Shown here: one piece after another, positions 1 through 8,984 of the stretch
How the letters are laid out: every line of letters starts with the position of its first letter
Position numbering within the stretch: position 1 is the first letter of the stretch
Virus record (IMG/VR): IMGVR_UViG_3300045988_089740
Strand: one strand, 5' to 3'
Source of the DNA: a virus
Length of the DNA stretch: 64,000 bases
Made by a program: the position numbers and the translations under genes
The notes under the pieces: generated by a model
Told to the model about the DNA's origin: nothing
Seen by the model: the letters and a program-made list of their open reading frames with translations, nothing else
Databases searched by the model: none

Positions 1-120
1 ATAAGATTCAGAGATTGCTATGATAATGAAAATATTGCTTATGATGTAAACAACGTAATTTGCTTATGCGAAAGATGTCACAAGATGGTACATGGAGGTG
101 GAAATTATATAAATGGCTAA
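1..120 (+). CDS. HNH endonuclease, C-terminal fragment (5' end outside window)
   Basis: Frame 1 open from base 1 to TAA 118-120; tail ...NVICLCERCHKMVHGG is an HNH-type Cys/His motif. Confidence 0.5.
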   Translation: MRFRDCYDNENIAYDVNNVICLCERCHKMVHGGGNYING

Positions 121-1009
121 AGTAAGCTGGATCAAAATTGAAACAGAGATGTTTAATAATGTTAAAATCGGTCATATCAGAAAGCTTCCAGAAGGAAACA
201 ACATAGTTCTTATTTGGGTTATGCTTCTGACGATGGCCGGAAGATGCAATGCTAATGGACTTATCTTTCTGACAGAAAACATTCCGTATAATGAAAAGCT
301 GCTGGCAGATGAACTTGGCTTTGATGAAAGTGTAATACAACTTGCATTGACTGCTTTGGAAAATTTTGGAATGATTACCAGAGATGGAAATATGCTTGCA
401 ATTCCAGGATGGGAAGAACATCAGAATATCGAAGGCATGGACAAGATCAGAGAACAGAATAGAATTAGGAAACAGAAACAGAGAGAACGGCAGAAACTTG
501 CAATTGAACAAGATATGTCACGTGACAGTTCACGTGACGTCACGCAACAGAATAAGATAAAGAATAAGAAAGAAGAATTAGATAAAGATAAAGATAATAA
601 TTTAATAGTATCTAAAGATACTATTCGTCAGACAGATGTCCGACGTGTTATTGAGGAATGGAACAAATTACAGGACGTTGGCATTGCTCCTATCAGGGAT
701 ATCAAACCAGCATCAAAGAGATGCCAGTTACTTAAAGGCCGAATAAGAGAGTATGGCATGGATGATCTCTTAAAGGCTATGGACAACATCCGCCACAGCG
801 ATTTCCTGAGAGGCGAAAACAAAAATGGATGGATGATTACTTTTGACTGGTTTGTAAAACCGAATAGTTTCTTAAAGGTTTTGGAGGGTAACTACAATGG
901 GGACAGGAAACATGGATCTGGTGCAAAAACTCAAAGAAAAGTCGAGCCACTTATCCCGTTCGGAACGCTCAGTGATGACGGAGACTCAGACACATTGCCG
1001 TTTATGTGA
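113..1009 (+). CDS. phage replisome organizer / DnaD-like replication protein
   Basis: N-terminus WIKIETEMFNN..GNNIVLIWVMLLTMAG fits replisome-organizer N-domain; ...FDWFVKPNSFLKVLEGNY fits DnaD-like C-domain; followed by DnaC-like loader. Confidence 0.7.
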   Translation: MAKVSWIKIETEMFNNVKIGHIRKLPEGNNIVLIWVMLLTMAGRCNANGLIFLTENIPYNEKLLADELGFDESVIQLALTALENFGMITRDGNMLAIPGWEEHQNIEGMDKIREQNRIRKQKQRERQKLAIEQDMSRDSSRDVTQQNKIKNKKEELDKDKDNNLIVSKDTIRQTDVRRVIEEWNKLQDVGIAPIRDIKPASKRCQLLKGRIREYGMDDLLKAMDNIRHSDFLRGENKNGWMITFDWFVKPNSFLKVLEGNYNGDRKHGSGAKTQRKVEPLIPFGTLSDDGDSDTLPFM

Positions 1010-1748
1010 TGATTCCGGATGGGTCTGGAGCCGTGATCAATATGGAGTTCCGTATTGCCAGGAGTGTTCCTGCGGTATCCGTAAAAAAACGATTCATAGA
1101 AATCAACTTAAATTTGCAGAGATTCCAGATATCTACAAGGACGCAATGTTTAATAACTTCCGGTCGGCAGTATACCAGCTGCCGGAGAGCCGGGAAACAA
1201 TAAAGCAAGCTGCAAAAGCTGTTCGATACTGGGTAGAAAATATCAATGACATGCAGAAACAGGGAATCGGACTGTATTTTTACTCTAGCACGAAAGGCTC
1301 TGGAAAAACCCGAATGGTATGCAGCCTGGCGAATGAACTGATTGAAAAGCATCAGAAACAGGTAAAATTTTCAACGTCTATGAAAATCCTTGACGAGATC
1401 AAGTCCACATGGGGGAAAAGATACAGTCCGGATAAAACGGAAGAACAGTTGATTGATGAACTTGCCAGAGCAGATATTCTAATCATTGATGATTTCGGCA
1501 CAGAAACCGAAAAGGACTGGGTAAATGAAAAATACTATGAAATTATCGACGGACGCTATACAAGCCGAAAAATCACGATTTTCACAAGTAATTACTGTAT
1601 TTCTCGGCTAAATTATGATGAACGTATCACCAACCGGATTCTGGAGCGGTCACTTGAAATCCCATTTCCGGAAGAATCTGTCCGGGAGCACATAGCGGAA
1701 ACAATGAAACAGCAAATGATAGCAGGTATCATGGGAGGGGCAAAATGA
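897..1748 (+). CDS. DnaC/IstB-like AAA+ helicase loader
   Basis: SD GGAGGG 883-888 8 nt before ATG 897 (alt. start ATG 975; 897 overlaps upstream gene by 113 nt); Walker A GSGKTR, Walker B ILIIDDFG; N-terminal Cys cluster. Confidence 0.8.
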   Translation: MGTGNMDLVQKLKEKSSHLSRSERSVMTETQTHCRLCDDSGWVWSRDQYGVPYCQECSCGIRKKTIHRNQLKFAEIPDIYKDAMFNNFRSAVYQLPESRETIKQAAKAVRYWVENINDMQKQGIGLYFYSSTKGSGKTRMVCSLANELIEKHQKQVKFSTSMKILDEIKSTWGKRYSPDKTEEQLIDELARADILIIDDFGTETEKDWVNEKYYEIIDGRYTSRKITIFTSNYCISRLNYDERITNRILERSLEIPFPEESVREHIAETMKQQMIAGIMGGAK

Positions 1749-2275
1749 ACAGCGTGGTGTTAAAAAGAAAATTCGCAGGGAAACCGGTAACTATGCCTTA
1801 TTCAGCTGCAAAGATTGAAAGAATGCAGCGGATGTTTGATGAGTCCAGAGAAAAAGTTCTGGCAGCTAGAAATGAAGAAATTGAAAAAGCGTATCAGAAA
1901 GGCAAGGAAGACGGGATCAGTAGAAGCGTGAGCGTTTTAAACAAAGTTGTAGAAAACGCAAGGGAAGAAGAAAGAGAGAAAAGCTACAACGCCGGTTTCG
2001 AACAAGGATTTACGGATGGACAGGACTGGGCGAATGTTGAGAACAGCGTAACATTGCTTTTGGCACTGCATAGAGCGTACGACTTTGAACCGGATCAGCT
2101 GATGAACGTAGTGGAAAAGAGTAACAAATATGTGCATCAGGCAAATGAAGGAAAACCAACTATCGGTACTCTTGCACGACAGTTGTACAATGAATGCCAG
2201 ATAAAGTTGTGCGAACACGAAGTGGAAATTTTAAGAAAGTACAGTTTGTTTGAAGAGGGTGATCCATATGATTAA
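1745..2275 (+). CDS. hypothetical protein
   Basis: ATGA overlap with loader stop; charged helical protein, no motif recognised. Confidence 0.5.
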   Translation: MNSVVLKRKFAGKPVTMPYSAAKIERMQRMFDESREKVLAARNEEIEKAYQKGKEDGISRSVSVLNKVVENAREEEREKSYNAGFEQGFTDGQDWANVENSVTLLLALHRAYDFEPDQLMNVVEKSNKYVHQANEGKPTIGTLARQLYNECQIKLCEHEVEILRKYSLFEEGDPYD

Positions 2276-2483
2276 GATAAGCGCAATGTACAAAGATTCC
2301 GGCGGAACAAATCCGTATCACCGATGTGAGGAATGTTTGAGGTACCGGTCTGGAAAACATCCGAGGTGCCTGAACTACAATGGAGATGTGGATTGGAAAC
2401 CAAACTACATTGCTTGCAAATTTTTCGCAGATGAAAAGAAAGATGAAATCAAAGGACAGATGGATATATTTGATTTGTTGTAA
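2268..2483 (+). CDS. small Cys-containing hypothetical protein
   Basis: SD GAGGGTG then ATG 2268; CEECLRY..HPRC cysteine pairs. Confidence 0.45.
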   Translation: MIKISAMYKDSGGTNPYHRCEECLRYRSGKHPRCLNYNGDVDWKPNYIACKFFADEKKDEIKGQMDIFDLL

Positions 2484-2604
2484 AATAAAGTAATTGATTG
2501 ACTAAAAAACGCTAGAATCCATTTTGAGTAAGCTTGCATAGAAATATATGCCTAAGATATTTTGAAAGGATTTTAGACCTTTTCAGCAAAGGAAGGAGTT
2601 TGGC

Positions 2605-2712
2605 ATGAACAAAGCGTTATTACTGGCATTGAACGAACACATATACCTTCAGGGACTAATCAGCAAAGAAATGAAAGAAAAAATTGATATTGAGATTCTT
2701 TCTGAAAATTAA
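2605..2712 (+). CDS. 35-aa ORF upstream of recombinase
   Basis: SD GGAAGGAG before ATG 2605; below ORF-track cut-off; MNKALLLALNEHIYLQGLISKEMKEKIDIEILSEN. Confidence 0.3.
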   Translation: MNKALLLALNEHIYLQGLISKEMKEKIDIEILSEN

Positions 2713-2792
2713 TTCAAAACTATTGAGCGGAGATGAGATAGAAGTTATAATAATCTTATCTCTGCTCTTCCAAACAGAAGGGAGAACGGGGC

Positions 2793-4517
2793 ATGAACGT
2801 TTATCGCACTAGAGAAATACTGAAGACTTGCAGTATTTTCGATCTAAAATTAAAGGTGGCGTTTTACGCAAGAGTAAGCACAGAATCAGAAGACCAACAA
2901 GTTTCCATCCATCACCAGGATGAATATTACAGAAACTTCATTGCTCAAAATAGAAACTGGGTATTTGTTGGGGCGTACATTGACAATGGAATATCGGGAA
3001 TACGAACTGAGAAAAGAGACGAATTTCAACGTATGATGGCAGACGCCAAAGCTGGGAAAATTGATATGATCGTAACGAAAGAAATTACCAGGTTTGCGAG
3101 AAATACCTTAGACAGCATAAAATATACAAGAGAATTACTGATGTATGGCGTATGCGTATGGTTTCAAAACGACAACATCAATACGATTGACGAAGATAGT
3201 GAATTAAGACTTACCATAATGTCCGGAATTGCCCAAGATGAATCAAGAAAACTCTCCAATCGAATAAAATTCGGACATGCGCAGTCAATAAAAAATGGGG
3301 TAGTCCTTGGATCCCGAATATACGGGTACATCAAGAAAGACGGAAAGCTTACGATCGACCCCAAAACAGCTCCGATGATAAAAGAAATATTCGAAAAGTA
3401 TTCTACGGGAGAATGGTCCACATCCGCCATTGAGAAATATCTATACAAAAAAGGATATCGAAATTACAAAGGCGGAAAACTCAGCCGAGATAATATCAAA
3501 AAGATAATCAAGAATCCGAAATACAAAGGCTATTATTGCGGCGGAAAAGTAAAAATTGTCGATATGTTCACTAAAAAGCAAGAGTTTTTGCCAGAGGACG
3601 AATGGACAATGTACAAAGATGACGGGAACCATGTTCCGCAGATTGTAGATGAATCCGTATGGGATAAGGCAAATGTCATTATGCAAACACGGAGCGATGC
3701 GATCAAATCCCACAGAACGTCTTTCAAACAAAATAATTTATTCACTGGATATATCTTTTGCGGTAATGATGGAGCACCGTACTGGATGAAGCAGCACACT
3801 ATAAGAGGGCGTGAAGATGCAAGATGGGTATGTAGCTATCGTATAAAAAACGGAGCGCAAAGCTGTAACTCTTTTGGGATACGTGAGAGAGAATTAAGGG
3901 TGATGCTTGCAGACCTTATCAATAAATCCGGGGATATCCAAACAGCTATTGAAAAATATATAAGCTTGGTTGAAAAGAACATAGACTTCAGCAACGATGG
4001 GGCTGAGATAAGCCGACTTAAAAACATGATTCTCCAGATAGAGAAAAAGAAAGACAAGCTTCTTGACCTGAATCTGGATGGAATCATAACAAACTCTGAA
4101 TACATTGAAAAAAGTGAAAAATTCAAGGATGAAATTGAAAGCATAAACAATAAACTTTCCGAACTGGAATCAAAAGAAGAAGCCAGCAAAGATTTTCATT
4201 TGAAATTAAAAGAAATCGGTATGATATTAAACGATCTACAAGGAGTTTGCCCAGAAGACATCACCAAAACGGTTCTGGGAGAATTTTTGGACAAAATATT
4301 AATAAATCCAAAGGGCCCACAGGAGTGCGAAATTTTGTTCTTTTTAAAGACCGGAGATGTAAAAAAAAAGTCAATAACCGAGCGGGATAAACCGGGCTGT
4401 TCTGAATATTTTTTTTTAAATAAGTTCTCAGAACGACACGCCGTATTTTACAGGAAAATCAACTATGTGGATGGATGCGAAAAGGAATTTAACTACACTT
4501 ACGCATTTGCAATCTAA
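2793..4517 (+). CDS. large serine recombinase (phage integrase type)
   Basis: Resolvase catalytic N-domain AFYARVSTESEDQ (catalytic Ser), recombinase domain, Cys zinc-ribbon (CGNDG..WVCSYR..SC), coiled coil; 574 aa. Confidence 0.9.
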   Translation: MNVYRTREILKTCSIFDLKLKVAFYARVSTESEDQQVSIHHQDEYYRNFIAQNRNWVFVGAYIDNGISGIRTEKRDEFQRMMADAKAGKIDMIVTKEITRFARNTLDSIKYTRELLMYGVCVWFQNDNINTIDEDSELRLTIMSGIAQDESRKLSNRIKFGHAQSIKNGVVLGSRIYGYIKKDGKLTIDPKTAPMIKEIFEKYSTGEWSTSAIEKYLYKKGYRNYKGGKLSRDNIKKIIKNPKYKGYYCGGKVKIVDMFTKKQEFLPEDEWTMYKDDGNHVPQIVDESVWDKANVIMQTRSDAIKSHRTSFKQNNLFTGYIFCGNDGAPYWMKQHTIRGREDARWVCSYRIKNGAQSCNSFGIRERELRVMLADLINKSGDIQTAIEKYISLVEKNIDFSNDGAEISRLKNMILQIEKKKDKLLDLNLDGIITNSEYIEKSEKFKDEIESINNKLSELESKEEASKDFHLKLKEIGMILNDLQGVCPEDITKTVLGEFLDKILINPKGPQECEILFFLKTGDVKKKSITERDKPGCSEYFFLNKFSERHAVFYRKINYVDGCEKEFNYTYAFAI

Positions 4518-4559
4518 ATAATATACAAAAGATGAACGGAAGAGCAGAGATGTAATTTT

Positions 4560-4642
4560 TTGACATTTAAGAGAATATCTGATAGTATGAAAACATACTA
4601 ATGACGACATCGGTTCCAATTCCCGGAACAGGATGTCTTTTT
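4560..4642 (+). promoter_or_regulatory. sigma-A-like promoter followed by leader terminator
   Basis: TTGACA 4560-4565, 17-nt spacer, TAGTAT 4583-4588; hairpin GACATC/GATGTC 4606-4637 (inner GTTCC/GGAAC) + U5 4638-4642, then SD and ATG 4665. Confidence 0.45.
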
Positions 4643-4664
4643 GTGTTTTTAAGGGGTGATAACC

Positions 4665-5333
4665 ATGAATCATACCGCATATGACGTAATGAGAGAATAT
4701 ATGATCGAGGGAGCAGAGCTGGACGGACCATACCAGTTCCCCATGATGCCACGGTATACCGGCAGACCTGGAACAGATACTGTCGACTTCAAAGACAGCT
4801 TTGACCGGCGGATAAAGAACTACAGGGACTTGACTGTCAATTTCTATATCCATGACAACGAATTTGAAAAAATCTGGAATTGTCCGGATAAATATATCGA
4901 GCATCTAAAATGCTTTAACAGTGTGATCGCACCGGATTTCAGCATGGCAGTTGGAGAAGGTGGTATGCCATTTGCTATGAACATCTGGCAGAAGTACCGC
5001 AATCATGCGATAGCGCATTATCTGCATATGAACGGAATTCGTGTGATTCCAAACGTGAACATACCACCGGAATACTGCTATGATTGGATTTTTGACGGAA
5101 TACCAAAAAAAAGCACGGTTGCCTGCTGCACCAATGGGCGAGTGAAGTCGAAAGCATCACGACTGGAATTTTGCAAGGGATTTCAAGAGATGGTCCGTAG
5201 ATTAGAACCACTGAGAGTTATCATCGTCGGACGGATGCCACAGGAACTGCAAACAGATATAGAAATTATCAACTTCAAAAGCAGAAACCAGAAGATCAAG
5301 GATAGGGAGGGAAAATATGGGATTCTCAACTGA
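4665..5333 (+). CDS. DUF4417-like phage protein
   Basis: SD AAGGGG then ATG 4665 (track ORF begins GTG 4656); NFYIHDNEFEKIWNCPDKY..VIAPDFSM..IWQKYRNHAIAHY resembles DUF4417 as I recall it; memory-based. Confidence 0.45.
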   Translation: MNHTAYDVMREYMIEGAELDGPYQFPMMPRYTGRPGTDTVDFKDSFDRRIKNYRDLTVNFYIHDNEFEKIWNCPDKYIEHLKCFNSVIAPDFSMAVGEGGMPFAMNIWQKYRNHAIAHYLHMNGIRVIPNVNIPPEYCYDWIFDGIPKKSTVACCTNGRVKSKASRLEFCKGFQEMVRRLEPLRVIIVGRMPQELQTDIEIINFKSRNQKIKDREGKYGILN

Positions 5334-5469
5334 GCGATCAGCGCACAATAAAGTTCGTAGGAAGAAAGATAAAACGGAACAGAAGGTAAAAGTTCGGAAA
5401 CAGCGGACCACATACAAAACGAAGAATACAGCAAGGAGAAAATCTGAGGGATTAAATAAATTAAATTGA
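5317..5469 (+). CDS. 50-aa highly basic protein
   Basis: Strong SD GGGAGGG before ATG 5317, overlaps end of upstream gene; MGFSTERSAHNKVRRKKDKTEQKVKVRKQRTTYKTKNTARRKSEGLNKLN. Confidence 0.35.
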   Translation: MGFSTERSAHNKVRRKKDKTEQKVKVRKQRTTYKTKNTARRKSEGLNKLN

Positions 5470-5910
5470 TTCGTGTTTTTTCATAGTCCCACGGAAGATG
5501 CTATGGATTAATATATGCAAGATAAACAAAATGGAAATCCGGAAAAGAAGTTATTTTTGAGCCGTTCCATTTTTGTGCCGGTTTTTCGGGACCTTTCTGA
5601 GTCTGAATATTGCGAATATTCAAGAGCCAGCAGAAATATTGTTCGTTTCACAACCAGTATGACCAATTCTGCAAAAGGCTGTGGATCACCTGCGGACCGG
5701 TGCCGGGGATTTTCCAGACGTCAATAACTGACGCTCTAATTTCGCCCACAACGACCACAAAACAAATAAGGCTATAACTTCTTCAACCGGAATCTAAACG
5801 TCCGTTTAAAAGCCAAATAGGACGGTTGTGCAGCACGCCCAAAACAGAACATATTTTCGTCACTGTTCGGACACTGCGTCCCAGATCGGCGCCAGCTGCA
5901 CAGAAGCACG

Positions 5911-5971
5911 ACAAAAAGAGCCGGAAACGGCTATATATAATCATAGTATCATCATGCTGGAATCCTGTCAA
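5911..5971 (-). promoter_or_regulatory. minus-strand promoter with immediate hairpin-U tract
   Basis: Minus strand TTGACA (5966-5971), 17 nt, TACTAT (5943-5948); hairpin AGCCG/CGGCT (5919-5932) then CUUUUU (5913-5918). Confidence 0.35.
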
Positions 5972-6204
5972 CTGTGAGTGTTGATTGATAGAAGCGCACA
6001 AAAACGGCTCAAAAATCCGGCAATGGTAAAAACATCAAGGAACGCCAAAAAGACGAAAAGCGACGAAAAAGCAAATCAACAACCGCATTTCTGGGCAAGC
6101 AAAAGTTAAGTTATCAAGGTACACGGCTTGTAGATAGATTTCACAAGCCTGATTCGCTCCACAGGCCGTGAACCTGGCGCCGGACTGGATACCGGAAGAG
6201 CAGC

Positions 6205-6232
6205 AGAAAAAGAGCAGTGTTTTTACTGCTCT
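6205..6232 (-). terminator. intrinsic terminator of minus-strand operon
   Basis: AGAGCAGT/ACTGCTCT 6211-6232; on minus strand followed by UUUU (6207-6210); overlaps stop of 6223-6615. Confidence 0.5.
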
Positions 6233-6615
6233 AAAAAATTAACATTAACTGACCGGGGCAAGTCCCGGAAAAACTCCGAAAAACCGCCGTCAGTGGTGTT
6301 GTACTGCCTGTCGGAAGTCGGGATGATCTGCCCGGCCTTCAGCTCCATGCAAGACAGCTGTAAAAAACCGGCTTGTTTCGTTGACCGGTGCAGGGTGTAC
6401 CGCATGACGGACACCGCCCCAGACTGACACCGCACCGGCGGAAGGTCGTACCAGATCAACGGCACAGAACCGGAAGCGACCGCATGAAAAACTTTCGCCG
6501 CTTCCTGGCGTGCTGCATTCTCTATCTTTTTGACTTCCGAAAAATCGCCGCTTTTTATAGCGGCGACGGTTTGTTTTTGCGTGGGTTTTCTAATTTCGAT
6601 TATTTTTTCACTCAT
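6223..6615 (-). CDS. hypothetical protein (accessory operon gene 6)
   Basis: ATGA start/stop overlap with upstream gene at 6615; no motif recognised. Confidence 0.55.
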   Translation of the reverse strand: MSEKIIEIRKPTQKQTVAAIKSGDFSEVKKIENAARQEAAKVFHAVASGSVPLIWYDLPPVRCQSGAVSVMRYTLHRSTKQAGFLQLSCMELKAGQIIPTSDRQYNTTDGGFSEFFRDLPRSVNVNFLEQ

Positions 6616-6845
6616 CAGCAGAACACCTCCCCGAACATATAAGAGCCATTATTTTTGAAACATTCGTTCCAGGCTGTAACAACTTCTTCAGCTTCTTTCC
6701 TGGATCCGCAAAGGTTAGCCGCTGCGATGCCTTTGATCGCCAATTTCGAAAGCAAGTTATCACTTTCAGAAACCTTGACGACATAAGCATAGTTTTTTTT
6801 GTTCTCTGTCACCTGTACGGCGATATAACTAATTTTCTTCTTCAT
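6615..6845 (-). CDS. hypothetical protein (accessory operon gene 5)
   Basis: SD GGGAAGAAAG upstream of ATG 6845; 76 aa, no motif recognised. Confidence 0.55.
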   Translation of the reverse strand: MKKKISYIAVQVTENKKNYAYVVKVSESDNLLSKLAIKGIAAANLCGSRKEAEEVVTAWNECFKNNGSYMFGEVFC

Positions 6846-6943
6846 ATTTTTTCTTTCTTCCCTGTACCCATGGGAGCGGGTATTTTTTTGCTAAATACAA
6901 AAAAAGTATTGACTATCTAAGGGGAAAATGCTATATTGTAATA

Positions 6944-7015
6944 GCTGGATGCTATTCGATTTTCGAATGCATTTTCTGGAGCGGTCTAACGTGCGTTGTT
7001 AGATCGCTTTTTTTT
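6944..7015 (+). ncRNA. candidate ~70-nt sRNA opposite the minus-strand operon
   Basis: Promoter TTGACT 6909-6914 /17 nt/ TGc-TATATT 6932-6937; 10-bp terminator GCGGTCTAAC/GTTAGATCGC 6981-7007 + U8; no SD or ORF. Confidence 0.4.
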
Positions 7016-7069
7016 ATCGGTCCGTTAATTTAACTTGACTTTTCCAGCTGCATGATGTATTATAGTTGT

Positions 7070-7217
7070 ATCAGCTAGCAACAGTTGCTGGTCCTTAACG
7101 TACCATGATTTCGTTGAGGGTCGTCTTGGTCTACGGCAAGGCGTTGAGTTGAAAAATATTATTATATATTTGCTAAAATGCAAAAAGCGGGAAGGCGTGA
7201 CAGATGTCACGCCTTTT
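7070..7217 (+). ncRNA. candidate ~145-nt sRNA opposite the minus-strand operon
   Basis: Promoter TTGACT 7035-7040 /17 nt/ TATTAT 7058-7063; ends at GGCGTGAC/GTCACGCC 7194-7213 + UUUU; no convincing ORF. Confidence 0.3.
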
Positions 7218-7219
7218 CA

Positions 7220-7576
7220 CTATTCTGAAAACCGCGGAACAAGAACCCCGTCTTTTGTTTTTCGGCTTCTGGTTACCTTATACCCGTTTTCTGATACAGT
7301 TTCGCGAATATATTCTGCTCCTTCTTCGTTCCACTCAATAACTTTATTCAATTTTTCAATATAGACTGCGTTGTTGTCTACCATTTCCGCACCGGTAGAA
7401 GCTTTTCCTTTCTGATATGCGGTGCTGATTGCCTGCATAACAAGTGCAAGCTGCGCGCCGGTTAATTCGTTAACCAGTTTTTCGGGAAGCTGGTTTTCTA
7501 CTTCGGAATATGTGCCTGCTCCCTTGAAACCTGTGTAAAGCTCCATTGCTCTGTTTAATTTTATACTGTGCTTCAT
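7220..7576 (-). CDS. hypothetical protein (accessory operon gene 4)
   Basis: SD GGAGGAAAAG then second ATG at 7576 (track start 7591); extended -10 TGGTATAAT upstream on minus strand. Confidence 0.55.
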   Translation of the reverse strand: MKHSIKLNRAMELYTGFKGAGTYSEVENQLPEKLVNELTGAQLALVMQAISTAYQKGKASTGAEMVDNNAVYIEKLNKVIEWNEEGAEYIRETVSENGYKVTRSRKTKDGVLVPRFSE

Positions 7577-7628
7577 TTTCTTTTCCTCCATTTTCTATTA
7601 TTATACCAGTTTCCCACCGGTATTTAAA

Positions 7629-7661
7629 GGGCGCTGCCGGGAATCGAACCCGGCCGGAACC
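7629..7661 (-). other. tRNA 3'-half-like element (T-arm + acceptor-like tail)
   Basis: Minus strand GGTTCCG-GCCGGG-TTCGATT-CCCGGC-AGCGCCC: 6-bp stem with canonical T-loop UUCGAUU; no matching 5' half. Confidence 0.35.
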
Positions 7662-7662
7662 A

Positions 7663-7872
7663 TTACGCCTGATTCAAACAATCATTGATTTTCTTTTTCA
7701 GATGTGGAAATGCTTCACAAATTTCCTGCACGCTGTCGGCGTAATAATCGCCCACTATTTTTCCAAAAATTGTAATATTTCCAGAATAAAAACAGCCAAG
7801 ATTATTAAACCAGATGTCAAGTCCTGTTGCCTGTTCCTTTTTGTCACCATACCACATGTCAATTTTAATCAT
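7663..7872 (-). CDS. hypothetical protein (accessory operon gene 3)
   Basis: SD AGGAGG then ATG 7872 (internal Met of track ORF 7663-7959); MIKIDMWYGDKKEQ... Confidence 0.5.
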   Translation of the reverse strand: MIKIDMWYGDKKEQATGLDIWFNNLGCFYSGNITIFGKIVGDYYADSVQEICEAFPHLKKKINDCLNQA

Positions 7873-7939
7873 TTTATTTTCCTCCTGATTTTGTTTTTTA
7901 AAGGCCGCCGGGGAAATGCTCCCCGGTACGCTTGCCGGC

Positions 7940-8896
7940 CTAATTGCATTTAACTTCAAGCGGCTTTATAATTCCGTTTCTCAATTCTTCCAGCGCGATT
8001 TTATTAACTTCATTTGTAAAATAATCCACCTCGTAAGAATCAATAATTTTGTTTTGAATGTTCATTCTTGCATAAAATTCTTGTGTATTATCTTCCCAGT
8101 ACCACACAAAATAAGTATGCAAGATGTAATTCTTATCATCATAGACACGTTTACAACGTCTTTTACTGCCGTTCATCAAGAAAATATCTTCTTGCGCGTT
8201 TAATGCGTCAAATTCTATATTAGAAAGATGATGTTCTATTTCTTTGTATGTCCAGATAACAGCACCGCCCCATGTATTTTTTTCGGTCGCAACTGCTCTT
8301 TTAGTTCTCAACCATGCTTGCATATCTTCCTCAGTTCTCCATGCATAGCTACTCATTCCAGCTTTAGAAGCAAAATATTGATAATCTCCGTTGTTTTCTG
8401 CTTTTCTATATGACAAATAATATTTATCATGTGTTTTTGTGGAAAACATTTCTTTATTATCGTTACACTCCCACAAATTAACTGTTGCAGTAAAATAAAT
8501 TCCACCATTTGCGCGAGCCCCAGCACTTCCCCAAGTCCAAAAAGTCTTGCTTGACATGCCTTTATATGCAAATTCGTTTTCTTTGTGATGGCTGAATGCA
8601 CCGCCTGAAGCGCTACCGCATAACTTACTATCGCAAATACTCAAATGCACTCCGGCGTTTTCACAAAGTTCTATATTTTCCCCGCTCTTCATTGTCGCGG
8701 TTGCTTTTGGAAAATATTCCCCGTATTCGTTTGTGTACTCTACTACATCATATTGTTGAATAACGTTTACAGAGCGTGATCTTTCAATCATTTCGATAAT
8801 GCGGTTAACTTTTTCTACATCTGATTCATCAATCACGTAATAGATGTCGAAAAGCTCGTTTTCTTTCTTTAATGTTTCAAGTGTATACTTTTTCAT
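7940..8896 (-). CDS. hypothetical protein, 318 aa (accessory operon gene 2)
   Basis: Long ORF with SD; W/Y-rich, no catalytic motif recognised. Confidence 0.6.
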   Translation of the reverse strand: MKKYTLETLKKENELFDIYYVIDESDVEKVNRIIEMIERSRSVNVIQQYDVVEYTNEYGEYFPKATATMKSGENIELCENAGVHLSICDSKLCGSASGGAFSHHKENEFAYKGMSSKTFWTWGSAGARANGGIYFTATVNLWECNDNKEMFSTKTHDKYYLSYRKAENNGDYQYFASKAGMSSYAWRTEEDMQAWLRTKRAVATEKNTWGGAVIWTYKEIEHHLSNIEFDALNAQEDIFLMNGSKRRCKRVYDDKNYILHTYFVWYWEDNTQEFYARMNIQNKIIDSYEVDYFTNEVNKIALEELRNGIIKPLEVKCN

Positions 8897-8984
8897 AGTT
8901 CATTTACCTCTCTTTTTATTTTTTTAAAGTCCGGCGGTTGCGTTGGGGCTACGGCTTGACCGCCGCCGGAAAGGTTAGAACTTT

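Noticed and set aside
5515-6001. ORFs 5515-5727(+) and 5783-6001(-)
   Set aside because: They have no SD and an implausible composition. The region is better explained as non-coding structured DNA or RNA.
7629-7661. tRNA 3' fragment as the phage attP core
   Set aside because: It lies inside an operon junction, far from the recombinase. The recombinase is a serine type, which does not typically need tRNA-identity cores. The element is kept only as a tRNA-like structural element.
7546-8203. Plus-strand ORFs 7546-7953 and 7916-8203
   Set aside because: They are antisense to the supported minus-strand operon genes.
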